Assembly (NCBI GenBank): GCA_045643205.1
Contig: JAZUKI010000010.1
Coordinates: forward strand, 1 to 64,000
Direction of reading: 5' to 3'
Length of the DNA: 64,000 bases
Source of the DNA: Clostridia bacterium
Lineage (GTDB): Bacteria > Bacillota > Clostridia > TANB77 > CAG-508
Below, piece after piece: positions 19,202 to 30,105 of the stretch. The notes under the pieces were generated by a model. That model saw nothing but the letters and a program-made list of their open reading frames with translations, had not been told where the DNA came from and did no database searches. Both the position numbers and the translations under genes were made by a program. Within the stretch, counting starts at the first letter, position 1, and each line of letters opens with the position of its first letter.

Positions 19202-19287
19202 AAATTCACTAAATAGAATAAAAAACAAGCTAAAACTATAATAAAAAAACAATAATAAAACAAAATAAAAAGCAAACAATAATAAAA

Positions 19288-19331
19288 AGTTCTGAATATA
19301 TTGAAAAAACAATATGTTCAGGGCTTTTTTT
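19288..19331 (+). terminator. Intrinsic terminator after mutS
   Basis: gttctgaatatattg/caatatgttcagggc followed by T run. Confidence 0.65.
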
Positions 19332-19467
19332 AATACAAAAAATATAGGTAAGTTTTGTTCGTTTTTCATTGATATATTTACTTAATTATTGTATAATATT
19401 ATATGTCTATATTTGCCTATTTTCTAGGACTAGACAAATTATAGATCAATAAACGAAAGAGGGAATT

Positions 19468-21126
19468 ATGAGAGTTTTTTACAAGGAAAAAGATTTAGCA
19501 TTCAAAAAGAGTGATAATCAATTAATAGATTTAATAAATGATAATTTACAAGAGGAGAAAATGAGCATACTTGCAGCTAGAGTAGATAATGAGATCAAAT
19601 CTTTAGATTATCCAACAAACAAAGGAAATGAAGTTGAATTAATAGATTCAACTGATAAGGATGGTATGCGAGTTTACATCAGAGGAATTTCTTACATCAT
19701 GTGTATGGCTTTTAAACAAGTATATCCTGAAGCTAAGATTATTATTAACTATCAATTGACCAATTCAATGTTTTGTGAATGTTTCAATATAAAAATTACA
19801 GATGAAGTTATTGCTAATGTTAAAAATAAAATGCAAGAAATTATAGATTCAAATTATGAACTTAAGAAAGTTATTATGACTAAGGAAGAAGCAGTTAAGT
19901 TTTATGAATCAAACAATATAAAAGAAGAAGACAGACGTGGTTATATGCAAGTTGACAATGAAGATAAAGATGAAGTTTCACTTTATTTTTGCGGAGACTA
20001 TTTCAATTACTTCTATGGAGTTATGCCACTTACAACAGGTTACGTAAAAGTATTTGATTTAAAAACATACAAAAATGGATTTGTTTTACAATATCCAAGT
20101 ATAGATGATCCTACAAAGGTTGGAGAATTTAAAGAAAGCAAGAAATTCTTACATACTCTTCAAGATTATGAAAATATTCACAAGTTAATGGAAATAGGAA
20201 CAATTGCAGATTTAAATAAAAAGATTAGAGAAGGCAAAGGCAAAGAAGTTATTCTTATGGCTGAAGCATTACAAGAAAAGAAGATTGCAGCAATAGCAGA
20301 TGAAATTGCAAAGGAAAAGAGTTTAAAAATGATTCTTATTGCTGGACCTTCATCTTCAAGTAAAACAACTTTTGCAAGAAAACTTGGAATGCAATTAAGA
20401 GTAAATGGTATTAAACCTGTAACTATCGGAACTGATGATTACTTTGTGGAAAGAGAAGATACTCCAAAACTACCAAATGGAGATTATGATTTTGAATGTA
20501 TTGAGGCTTTAGATACTGATTTATTCAATGATCATTTAGAAAAATTAATTAATGGCGAAACAATTAAGATGCCATCATTTGATTTTAAAACAGGCCATAA
20601 AACATATTCTGATGACAGAACTTTATCACTTAAAGATGATGAGATTTTAGTTATCGAAGGAATACATTGTTTGAATGACGAACTAACTAAAAAAATTAAG
20701 AAAGAAAATAAATTTAAAGTTTATATTAGTGATTTGACTATTCTAAATATTGATTACTATAACAGAATTTCAACAACTGATACTAGATTGATTAGAAGAA
20801 TAGTTAGAGATTATAACTACAGAGGATATTCTGCATTAGAGACACTTAGACGATGGCCTTCAGTAAATGAAGGAGAGCAAAAAAACATTTTTCCTTATCA
20901 AGAAGAAGCAGATATAATGTTTAATAGCTCACTTGTTTACGAATTGGCTGTTCTAGGAAAATATGCAAGACCATTACTTGCTAAAATTAGTAGAAACGAA
21001 CCAGAATATTCAGAAGCAAAAAGAATTAGAACATTTTTAGAGTATTTTGATGATTTAGATGAAGAACCTATACCTAATAATTCTTTATTAAGAGAATTTA
21101 TTGGTGGTAGTGTTTTCGCTGAATAA
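19468..21126 (+). CDS. Nucleoside (uridine) kinase family protein with ThrRS-like N-terminal region
   Basis: IAGPSSSSKTT, DDYF, IEGIH, TTDTRLIRRIVRD. Confidence 0.85.
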   Translation: MRVFYKEKDLAFKKSDNQLIDLINDNLQEEKMSILAARVDNEIKSLDYPTNKGNEVELIDSTDKDGMRVYIRGISYIMCMAFKQVYPEAKIIINYQLTNSMFCECFNIKITDEVIANVKNKMQEIIDSNYELKKVIMTKEEAVKFYESNNIKEEDRRGYMQVDNEDKDEVSLYFCGDYFNYFYGVMPLTTGYVKVFDLKTYKNGFVLQYPSIDDPTKVGEFKESKKFLHTLQDYENIHKLMEIGTIADLNKKIREGKGKEVILMAEALQEKKIAAIADEIAKEKSLKMILIAGPSSSSKTTFARKLGMQLRVNGIKPVTIGTDDYFVEREDTPKLPNGDYDFECIEALDTDLFNDHLEKLINGETIKMPSFDFKTGHKTYSDDRTLSLKDDEILVIEGIHCLNDELTKKIKKENKFKVYISDLTILNIDYYNRISTTDTRLIRRIVRDYNYRGYSALETLRRWPSVNEGEQKNIFPYQEEADIMFNSSLVYELAVLGKYARPLLAKISRNEPEYSEAKRIRTFLEYFDDLDEEPIPNNSLLREFIGGSVFAE

Positions 21127-21134
21127 GAAGGAGA

Positions 21135-21455
21135 ATGATGAAACAATTTACCAAAAGAGATGAATCTTTTATATGTGAAAATTGCGGAAAAGAAGTTAGC
21201 AAATTAAGCTATACTTCTAGAGACCATTGTCCTTATTGCTTATGTTCTAAACATGTTGATGTTCTTCCAGGAGATAGATCTGAAGATTGTAAAGGAATAC
21301 TAAGACCAATACAAGTTGAGATAAACAATAAAAAAGGATACGTTATCGTATACAAATGCGATAGATGCGGAGCTATTAGAAAAAACAAAGCTGCTAATGA
21401 TGATAACGAGGATTTAATAATTAAATTAACAGTAAATAATAATGGAATTTTATAA
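21135..21455 (+). CDS. RNHCP-domain zinc-ribbon protein
   Basis: F.CENCG...RDHCPYCLCSKHVD..PGDR...C.G. Confidence 0.8.
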   Translation: MMKQFTKRDESFICENCGKEVSKLSYTSRDHCPYCLCSKHVDVLPGDRSEDCKGILRPIQVEINNKKGYVIVYKCDRCGAIRKNKAANDDNEDLIIKLTVNNNGIL

Positions 21456-21471
21456 TAGCAAGGAGAAAATT

Positions 21472-22539
21472 ATGGAAATACATAAATTAGAATTTGATAA
21501 AAATAAGAAAACAATTTTAACTGGGGATAGACCAACAGGGCATTTACATTTAGGACATTTTGTTGGATCATTAAAGCAAAGAGTTGAACTTCAAAATTCA
21601 GGAGATTATAACATGTTTGTCATGATTGCAGATTCACAAGCCATGACAGATAACTTTGCAAATCCAATGAAAGTTAAATCAAATGTTATGAATGTTGTTC
21701 TTGACTATTTATCTGTTGGAATTGATCCAACAAAAACAACAATATTCGTCCAATCAGAGGTTAATGCTTTAACAGAATTAACATTCTATTACATGAACTT
21801 GGTAACTGTTTCAAGACTACAAAGAAATCCAACAGTTAAAGAAGAATTAAAATTAAGAGGATTTGAACAATCAATCCCATCTGGATTTTTAAATTATCCA
21901 GTAAGCCAAGCAGCTGATATAACAGCTTTTAAAGCAGACTTAATTCCAGTTGGAGAAGATCAACTTCCAATGTTAGAACAAACAAATGAAATAGTTGATT
22001 CATTCAATAGAATTTATGGTGAAACTTTAGTTAGATGCAAACCAATGCTTGCAGATAATAAGAAAGCTCAAAGACTTCCAGGATTAGATGGAAAATCAAA
22101 GATGAGCAAAAGTTTAAACAATGGAATTTATTTATGTGATACAACTGAAGATGTTAAGAAAAAAGTAATGAGTATGTATACAGATCCAGATCATATAAAA
22201 GTTGAAGATCCAGGAAAAGTAGAAGATAACGCAGTATTTTTATACTTAGATATTTTTGCAAACGATGAATTAATTCAAAAATATTCTGATTATCAAAATT
22301 TAAATGAGATGAAAGAACATTACAAAAGAGGTGGACTAGGTGATGTTAAAATAAAAATGATTTTATTTAATATTATTGAAGAAATACTTAATCCAATTAG
22401 GGAAAAAAGAAAATACTATGAAGAGCATATGGATGAAGTAAAAGAAATATTAAGAGTCGGAACTGAACATGCAAAAGAAATAGCTAATCAAACATTAAGT
22501 GATGCTAAAAAAGCGATGATGCTTGATTACGAATTTTAA
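21472..22539 (+). CDS. trpS: Tryptophan--tRNA ligase
   Basis: TGDRPTG.LHLGH, KMSKS, PVGEDQ. Confidence 0.95.
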   Translation: MEIHKLEFDKNKKTILTGDRPTGHLHLGHFVGSLKQRVELQNSGDYNMFVMIADSQAMTDNFANPMKVKSNVMNVVLDYLSVGIDPTKTTIFVQSEVNALTELTFYYMNLVTVSRLQRNPTVKEELKLRGFEQSIPSGFLNYPVSQAADITAFKADLIPVGEDQLPMLEQTNEIVDSFNRIYGETLVRCKPMLADNKKAQRLPGLDGKSKMSKSLNNGIYLCDTTEDVKKKVMSMYTDPDHIKVEDPGKVEDNAVFLYLDIFANDELIQKYSDYQNLNEMKEHYKRGGLGDVKIKMILFNIIEEILNPIREKRKYYEEHMDEVKEILRVGTEHAKEIANQTLSDAKKAMMLDYEF

Positions 22540-22601
22540 TTAATAAAAAATTATAATTTTTAATTAAAAACTTAAAAATGATTATAAGTTTTAATTAATA
22601 A

Positions 22602-23903
<1,302 letters not shown>

Positions 23904-24683
23904 ATGAAAGAACAAAAAGTAATTTATTATCAAGATGAATTAAAAAACGATTTTGCTGATTCAAAAATTGTTCCAATAAAAATTGATAAAAATTATAAAT
24001 ATGAACATAATGTTTTTTGGAGAGTTTGTGCAGCAATTGTTTATAGAGGAATATTTTACTTACCAGGTTTAATAATTGATAAATGCAAATATCGTTTAAC
24101 AATTGTTAATAAAGAAGTTTTGAAAAAAGAAAAAAATACTGGATATTTTCTTTATGGAAATCACACACAAGAGATTCTAGATACATTTATTCCATCACAT
24201 GTAACAAAATTTAAAAGAGTATATGTAATTGCTCATCCTGATAATGTATCAATTAAAGGAATGAAAACAATTAACAAAATGCTTGGAGCGTTACCTGTTC
24301 CTGGAGATTTAGAAAGCTCAAGAAATTTTCTAGAAGCAATAAAGAAAAGAGTAAAACAAAAAAGTGTAATTATGGTTTATCCTGAAGCACATGTTTGGCC
24401 ATATTATACAAAGATAAGAAATTATCCATCGGTATCATTTAAGTATCCAGTTGAATTAGATGTACCAGCATTTTGTATAACTAACACATATCAAAAAAGA
24501 AAAAATGGAAAAGTAAAAATTGTTAGCTATGTAGATGGTCCATTTTATGCAGATAAAAGTTTATCTAAAAAACAAGCTCAAGAAAAATTGCGCAATGAAA
24601 TTTATAATACACAAGTTGAAAGAAGCAAAAATAATAACATAGAAGTTATTAAATATATAAAGAAAGATAAGGAAAATGATTAA
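23904..24683 (+). CDS. PlsC-like (lysophospholipid) acyltransferase
   Basis: GNHTQEILD and VYPEAH motifs. Confidence 0.75.
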   Translation: MKEQKVIYYQDELKNDFADSKIVPIKIDKNYKYEHNVFWRVCAAIVYRGIFYLPGLIIDKCKYRLTIVNKEVLKKEKNTGYFLYGNHTQEILDTFIPSHVTKFKRVYVIAHPDNVSIKGMKTINKMLGALPVPGDLESSRNFLEAIKKRVKQKSVIMVYPEAHVWPYYTKIRNYPSVSFKYPVELDVPAFCITNTYQKRKNGKVKIVSYVDGPFYADKSLSKKQAQEKLRNEIYNTQVERSKNNNIEVIKYIKKDKEND

Positions 24684-25500
24684 TATATTTTTATGCGGTA
24701 ACGATAGAATGTTTGATGGATTTTTAATATCTACTTTATCAATTGCTAGACATACTGATGAAGCATTAAACGTTATTCTATTAACAATGAATAGAACAGA
24801 ACAAGATTCTAGATTTGTTGCTATAAACGATGAACAAACAGCTTTAATTGAAAATGCATTAAAGAAATACAATAAAGAATCAAAAGTTAAAACAATTAAT
24901 TGTGATAAATTGTTTAAAGAAGAATTTGAAAAAGGAAAGAACTTAACAACACATTACACACCATATATATTCTTAAGATTACTTGTTGATTTAATTCCAG
25001 AAATGCCAGATAAAGCTTTATATATCGATACAGATATAGTTGCTTATCAAGATATAAAAGAATTTTATAATACAAATATAGATGATTATGAAGTTACAGC
25101 TTCTCTTGATTATTTAGGAAGAAACGCTATTAATCCTAAATATATTAACTCAGGTGTTTTAATAATGAACATAAAGAAAATTAGAGAAACAGGAAGCTTT
25201 ATAAAATGTAGAGAAATGTGCAAGACTAAAAAGATGATGTTACCTGATCAAACAGCTATTTATAAATGTTGCAAAATTTTTCGAGTTGCTGATAAATATA
25301 ATGAGCAAAAGAGAAGAAGAAAAGATACTGTATTAAGACATTTTAGTATGCAACTACATCCATTTTTACCATGCAATATCAAACCATGGCACGTAGATAA
25401 ACTTCATTCAGTTTATAAAATTTATGACTTAGATGATGTTTTAGCAGAATATAAAGAAATAAAAGATGATGCTAAAGCAAAAGGAATTATTAATTTCTAG
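24676..25500 (+). CDS. Glycosyltransferase family 8
   Basis: LYIDTD, YINSGV, PDQ, HF, KPW. Confidence 0.85.
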   Translation: MINIFLCGNDRMFDGFLISTLSIARHTDEALNVILLTMNRTEQDSRFVAINDEQTALIENALKKYNKESKVKTINCDKLFKEEFEKGKNLTTHYTPYIFLRLLVDLIPEMPDKALYIDTDIVAYQDIKEFYNTNIDDYEVTASLDYLGRNAINPKYINSGVLIMNIKKIRETGSFIKCREMCKTKKMMLPDQTAIYKCCKIFRVADKYNEQKRRRKDTVLRHFSMQLHPFLPCNIKPWHVDKLHSVYKIYDLDDVLAEYKEIKDDAKAKGIINF

Positions 25501-25531
25501 TAAAAAATAAAAGAAGAAAAGGAAAAGAAAA

Positions 25532-26503
25532 ATGAGTAAAAAAGAAATACCTATATTTTTTTCAATTGATGATGGATACATACCATGCTTAGGAGTAGCA
25601 ATTAAATCTATTCAAGAAAATGCAAGTAATGATAATCAATATCATATTTATGTTTTATATACAAAGATGTCAGAAGAAAACATGAATAATATCAAGAATG
25701 AATTTGCAAAAGACAATTTCGTTATAGAATTTTATGATGTAAAAAACAATGTTAATGATAAGGAAGAAACTTTATCAGTAAGATTAAGAGATTATTATTC
25801 AAATACAATATACTATAGACTATTTATACAAAATGAATTTCCTCAATATGATAAAGTTATTTATATAGATTCAGATATTATTCTTTTAGATGATATTGCT
25901 AATTTATATAAAATGGAAATTGGTGATCATTTACTAGGAGTTATTAGAGATGGAGTAGTAGCTTATGGACCTAAAGTATTAGGAGAATATGTTGAAAACT
26001 TCGTAAATGTACCTACTGAAAAATATTTCAATTCTGGAGTTCTAGTAATGAACTTAAAAGAAATGAGAAAAGTAAAAATTCAAGAAAGATTCTTATATTT
26101 AATTGACAAATATAATATTGATACAGTTGCACCAGACCAAGATTACTTAAATGCTTTATGCCAAGGAAGAACATTAATACTTCCAGAAACTTGGAATAAA
26201 ATGCCTGATTTTGGAGATAACTACCAAGATATCAGAGAACTACATTTAATTCATTTTAATATGTTTAGAAAACCATGGCACTATAATGATGTTGTTTACC
26301 AAGATGCATTCTGGAGATATGCAAAGAAAACATCTTATTATAAAAGTTTACAAAAAGAATTGAAGAATTATCCACAATCTAAAAAGGAAGAAGATTTAAA
26401 AGGTACTGAAAATATGAATACATATTGTTCAGCAATAATGACAAATAAAATCAATTTTAAAACAATTTTAGACGATACAAATGAAAAATTTGGAAAAATC
26501 TAA
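25532..26503 (+). CDS. Glycosyltransferase family 8
   Basis: YYRLF, IYIDSD, YFNSGV, PDQDYLN, HF...KPW. Confidence 0.88.
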   Translation: MSKKEIPIFFSIDDGYIPCLGVAIKSIQENASNDNQYHIYVLYTKMSEENMNNIKNEFAKDNFVIEFYDVKNNVNDKEETLSVRLRDYYSNTIYYRLFIQNEFPQYDKVIYIDSDIILLDDIANLYKMEIGDHLLGVIRDGVVAYGPKVLGEYVENFVNVPTEKYFNSGVLVMNLKEMRKVKIQERFLYLIDKYNIDTVAPDQDYLNALCQGRTLILPETWNKMPDFGDNYQDIRELHLIHFNMFRKPWHYNDVVYQDAFWRYAKKTSYYKSLQKELKNYPQSKKEEDLKGTENMNTYCSAIMTNKINFKTILDDTNEKFGKI

Positions 26504-26518
26504 AGTAAAAAAATAAAA

Positions 26519-27523
26519 ATGGGGAATAGAGTAATGGATTCAAATAAAATAAATGATAAAAAAGTAGAAGAATCAGTAGAAAAAAATGAGAAGGACAAAG
26601 AAAGATTACAAGTAATAGAAAACATTAAAAATAACATCGCAAATAATAAGTTAAATAGTAAAGTTGAAATTAACGATCCTATTATGACTGAAGAACAAAG
26701 AAAAAAATATATTAATAATTTCGATAGTCTTCGTAGAACACTTTCTAAAAGAATAAAAAGATGGGAAGCAAGAAAGATTGCTAAAAACTATACTAAGTTA
26801 TTTAATTTTGGAACAACTAAAATTATAGGATTAAAGAATCTTGAAGCGGTTAAGTCAGGCGCAATTATAACAAGTAATCACTTTAATCCAATGGACTCAA
26901 CAGTATTAATGTACGCATTGGAAAAAGTTGGAAAATTCAATCATCTAGATATTGTAATTGAAGAAGAAAATGTTTTAATGGAAGGACAAACAGGATTCTT
27001 GTTAAATAATTGTGGAACTATTCCTATAAGCAAGAGTCAAACTTATCTTGAAAATAATTTTATGCCTTCAATAAAGAAATTATTAAACAATAAAGATATG
27101 ATTTTAATTTATCCAGAAGAGCAAATGTGGTTTAACTATAGAAAACCACGTCCTTGCAAAATAGGTGCATATCATATTGCTACAAAGTTTAATGTTCCTA
27201 TTATTCCAATGTTTACTGAGATGAGAGAAATAGAAGGAAAATATGATGAAAAAGGTTTTAATAAATTAAAATTTGTTTTGCATATTATGCCTGCAATTTA
27301 TCCAGATGAAAGTAAAAGTTTCAGAGAAGCAAAAACAGAATTACAAGAAAAAGATTATAAACTAAAAGTAGCTGCTTATGAAAAAGCTTATGGTAAAAAA
27401 CTTGATTATACTTTTGAAGAAACAGATATTGCTGGTTTAGTTGAAGATGAAAATTATTTATACGATAAAAAAGATGTAAAAGAGAGAGTAAAAGATCAAG
27501 ACCAAGACTATGACCAAGAATAA
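26519..27523 (+). CDS. PlsC-like acyltransferase
   Basis: SNHFNPMD and IYPEE motifs; start may be 26534. Confidence 0.75.
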   Translation: MGNRVMDSNKINDKKVEESVEKNEKDKERLQVIENIKNNIANNKLNSKVEINDPIMTEEQRKKYINNFDSLRRTLSKRIKRWEARKIAKNYTKLFNFGTTKIIGLKNLEAVKSGAIITSNHFNPMDSTVLMYALEKVGKFNHLDIVIEEENVLMEGQTGFLLNNCGTIPISKSQTYLENNFMPSIKKLLNNKDMILIYPEEQMWFNYRKPRPCKIGAYHIATKFNVPIIPMFTEMREIEGKYDEKGFNKLKFVLHIMPAIYPDESKSFREAKTELQEKDYKLKVAAYEKAYGKKLDYTFEETDIAGLVEDENYLYDKKDVKERVKDQDQDYDQE

Positions 27524-27613
27524 GATTAAGACCATGACCAAAATCAATAATAAGAAAAAATATGACCAAGAATAATAACAAAAAAACTAAATCAAAATAA
27601 AACAAAAATTTCA

Positions 27614-27653
27614 CGAACTTTTGTTTGACAAACAAATATTTATATGTTAAACT
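27614..27653 (+). promoter_or_regulatory. lexA promoter with overlapping Bacillota-type SOS box
   Basis: CGAACttttGTTTG (27614-27627) overlaps TTGACA; TG-n-TAAACT with 17-nt spacing. Confidence 0.75.
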
Positions 27654-27686
27654 TTAGTTGATTTTTAATAAAAGTTGGAGGAAATT

Positions 27687-28364
27687 ATGAATAAATCTGC
27701 AAGAGATGAGAATGGTTTAAATAAAAGAGAAAGAACTATACTTAAATTTATTCAAAAAGAAATTGACTTAAAAGGTTATCCACCTTCAGTTAGAGAAATA
27801 TGTAAAGCAGTAAAATTAAAATCTACTGCTACTGTTCAAGGATATTTAAACTCACTTGAAGATAGAGGATATTTAAAGAAAGAAAATCAAAAAGGCAGAA
27901 CTTTAAGATTAATTAAAAATCATAAAGGTGAAGAAGTTGTTACAGGAAATAATGGTGTTGAAGAAACAAAGCAATTTTTCAGTAGCAGAGAAATGGTAAA
28001 TGTTCCTGTTGTTGGAAGAATTACTGCTGGACAACCTATTTTAGCTGTTGAAAACATTACTGATTCATTCCCAATTCCACTAGATTTTGTTGGAAATTCT
28101 GATAGCTTTATGCTAACAGTAAGAGGCGAAAGCATGATAGAAGCAGGTATTTTAGATGGTGACTATATTTTAGTTAAAAGACAAAATACAGCAATGAATG
28201 GACAAATAGTAGTTGCATTAATTGAAGATGAAGCAACTGTAAAAACTTTCTATAAAGAGAAAGATCATATTAGATTACAACCTGAGAATCATACAATGGA
28301 TCCAATTATTGTTCCTGATTGTAAAATATTAGGATTAGTTGGTGGAGTATTCAGAAAAATGTAA
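27687..28364 (+). CDS. lexA: SOS repressor LexA
   Basis: [18 protein letters not shown] cleavage site, GESM, ATVK. Confidence 0.95.
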   Translation: MNKSARDENGLNKRERTILKFIQKEIDLKGYPPSVREICKAVKLKSTATVQGYLNSLEDRGYLKKENQKGRTLRLIKNHKGEEVVTGNNGVEETKQFFSSREMVNVPVVGRITAGQPILAVENITDSFPIPLDFVGNSDSFMLTVRGESMIEAGILDGDYILVKRQNTAMNGQIVVALIEDEATVKTFYKEKDHIRLQPENHTMDPIIVPDCKILGLVGGVFRKM

Positions 28365-28420
28365 TTTTTATAAACTAAAGCAGAAAAATATTAGAACTAA
28401 AAGTATTAGGGTATTAAATT

Positions 28421-28930
28421 ATGGGAAATATGAAAAAAATAACTAAATTTATATTATTCTTTGTTATTTTATATTTTGTTTCAAACTTTGCATGTGCAGA
28501 AATAATGGCTTCAAAATATGATGATAAAAGAGAAAATATAAAGATAGTAAGAAATGAAGAAGGCGTAGAAATTTCTTTTGAAGAATTTGCTACAACATTT
28601 TCTAATGGTAAAGTAAAGGGAAATGTTACTAATAATACTGGTACAAAGTTAAAAGGAAAAGCCATCCAAATGGATTTCTACAGCAAATTTAATAATAAGA
28701 TTGGAACAAAGTACATGGAGCTTGAAGATATAGCTGCAGGCGAAAGTTCTAGTTTTTCTACACAATTTAACTATGATAATATAAATAGAGCTGAAGTTTA
28801 TTTAATAGATGTAGATAATGTAGAAGATAAGAGTGAAAAATTCTTAGAGTGGGTTCCAGATGAACTACACTTAGATAAAATACCATGGTGGGCATGGGTT
28901 GGAGGAGCAATTATTTGCTTACTACCATAG
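28421..28930 (+). CDS. Exported Ig-like protein (FxLYD-like) with C-terminal membrane anchor
   Basis: Signal peptide, G.VTNNTG...MDFYSK..NKIG pattern, WWAWVGG tail. Confidence 0.55.
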   Translation: MGNMKKITKFILFFVILYFVSNFACAEIMASKYDDKRENIKIVRNEEGVEISFEEFATTFSNGKVKGNVTNNTGTKLKGKAIQMDFYSKFNNKIGTKYMELEDIAAGESSSFSTQFNYDNINRAEVYLIDVDNVEDKSEKFLEWVPDELHLDKIPWWAWVGGAIICLLP

Positions 28931-29033
28931 TGTAATGAAGATGGAAAAATTGAGGTTAAAATAAAAGTGGATACAAAATAGAAATATTTTCATCGTAGAT
29001 AGAATAAAACTTTCTTCATAATTAAAGTATATA

Positions 29034-29083
29034 GATAAAGCCTTTTTAAATTGATTTTATTCAGTTTAGAAGGCTTTATTTTT
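29034..29083 (+). terminator. Intrinsic terminator
   Basis: aaagccttttt..ttga/tcag..tagaaggcttt followed by T run. Confidence 0.6.
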
Positions 29084-29184
29084 GTGCGAAATGTAATATT
29101 TATTTAGGCCGTTTTTGTTGTAAAAAATGTATGCTATTGGTATAATTACAAGCGTAAGATTTACAATGGGGGAAATGTAAAAAT

Positions 29185-30105
29185 ATGCTTAATAAAGCTG
29201 ATTTAATACGATTTTCTAAAATTGTAGGTGAAGATAATGTGAAAATAGATGAACCAATGAGCCAGCATTCAAGTTTTAAAGTTGGTGGCTCGGCTGATTT
29301 ACTTTTATATGTAGATTCACTTGAAAAGTTACAAGCAATTTTAGATTTAAACGAAGAATTGAAATTACCTATAACCGTGATAGGTAATGGAACTAATATA
29401 TTAGTTAAAGAAGAAGGAATTAGAGGCATAGTAGTAAAATACGTAGCAAAGGGAATATCAAAAGCAACACTTGATAATAATACATTTGCTATAACTGCTG
29501 AAGCAGGCTTACCAAATGCAATGTTAGCAAACGAATTATTAAATGATTCACTAACAGGATTTGAGTTTGCAGCAAGTATACCGGGAACAATAGGCGGAGC
29601 TATTTATATGAATGCAGGAGCATTCGGAAGCGAGATGATTGATATTGTTTCAGAGGTAACCTATCTAGATTTAGATGATTTAGCTATATATAAAAGCGAT
29701 GGCGATGATTGTGATTTTAGTTATAGACATAGCAAATTTGAAAACATGAATACAATTATTCTTTCTGCTACAATGGTTTTTAACAAAGGTGACAAAGAAG
29801 AAATTAAAAGAACAATGGATGCATATCTACAAAAAAGATTAGAAACACAACCTTATGATAAGCCAAATGCCGGAAGTACTTTTAAAAGAGGCGATGGTTT
29901 TATTACAGCAATGCTAATTGATGAAGCAGGACTTAAGGGCTATTCAATAGGTGGTGCACAAGTTTCTGAAAAACATGCTGGCTTTATTATAAATAAAGGT
30001 AATGCAACAGCAAAAGATATATTAGATTTAATAAAATATGTACAAGATACGGTAATGGAAAAATATGGAAAGGCTATAGAGCCAGAAGTGAGGATATTAG
30101 GATAA
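29185..30105 (+). CDS. murB: UDP-N-acetylenolpyruvoylglucosamine reductase
   Basis: GNGTN, IPGTIGGA..MNAGA, PNAGSTFK, VSEKHAGF. Confidence 0.95.
   Translation: MLNKADLIRFSKIVGEDNVKIDEPMSQHSSFKVGGSADLLLYVDSLEKLQAILDLNEELKLPITVIGNGTNILVKEEGIRGIVVKYVAKGISKATLDNNTFAITAEAGLPNAMLANELLNDSLTGFEFAASIPGTIGGAIYMNAGAFGSEMIDIVSEVTYLDLDDLAIYKSDGDDCDFSYRHSKFENMNTIILSATMVFNKGDKEEIKRTMDAYLQKRLETQPYDKPNAGSTFKRGDGFITAMLIDEAGLKGYSIGGAQVSEKHAGFIINKGNATAKDILDLIKYVQDTVMEKYGKAIEPEVRILG

Noticed and set aside
28928-28981. Frame stays open for 16 codons (CNEDGKIEVKIKVDTK) after the TAG of the FxLYD-like gene
   Set aside because: Short enough to be chance; cannot distinguish a recent nonsense mutation without homologues
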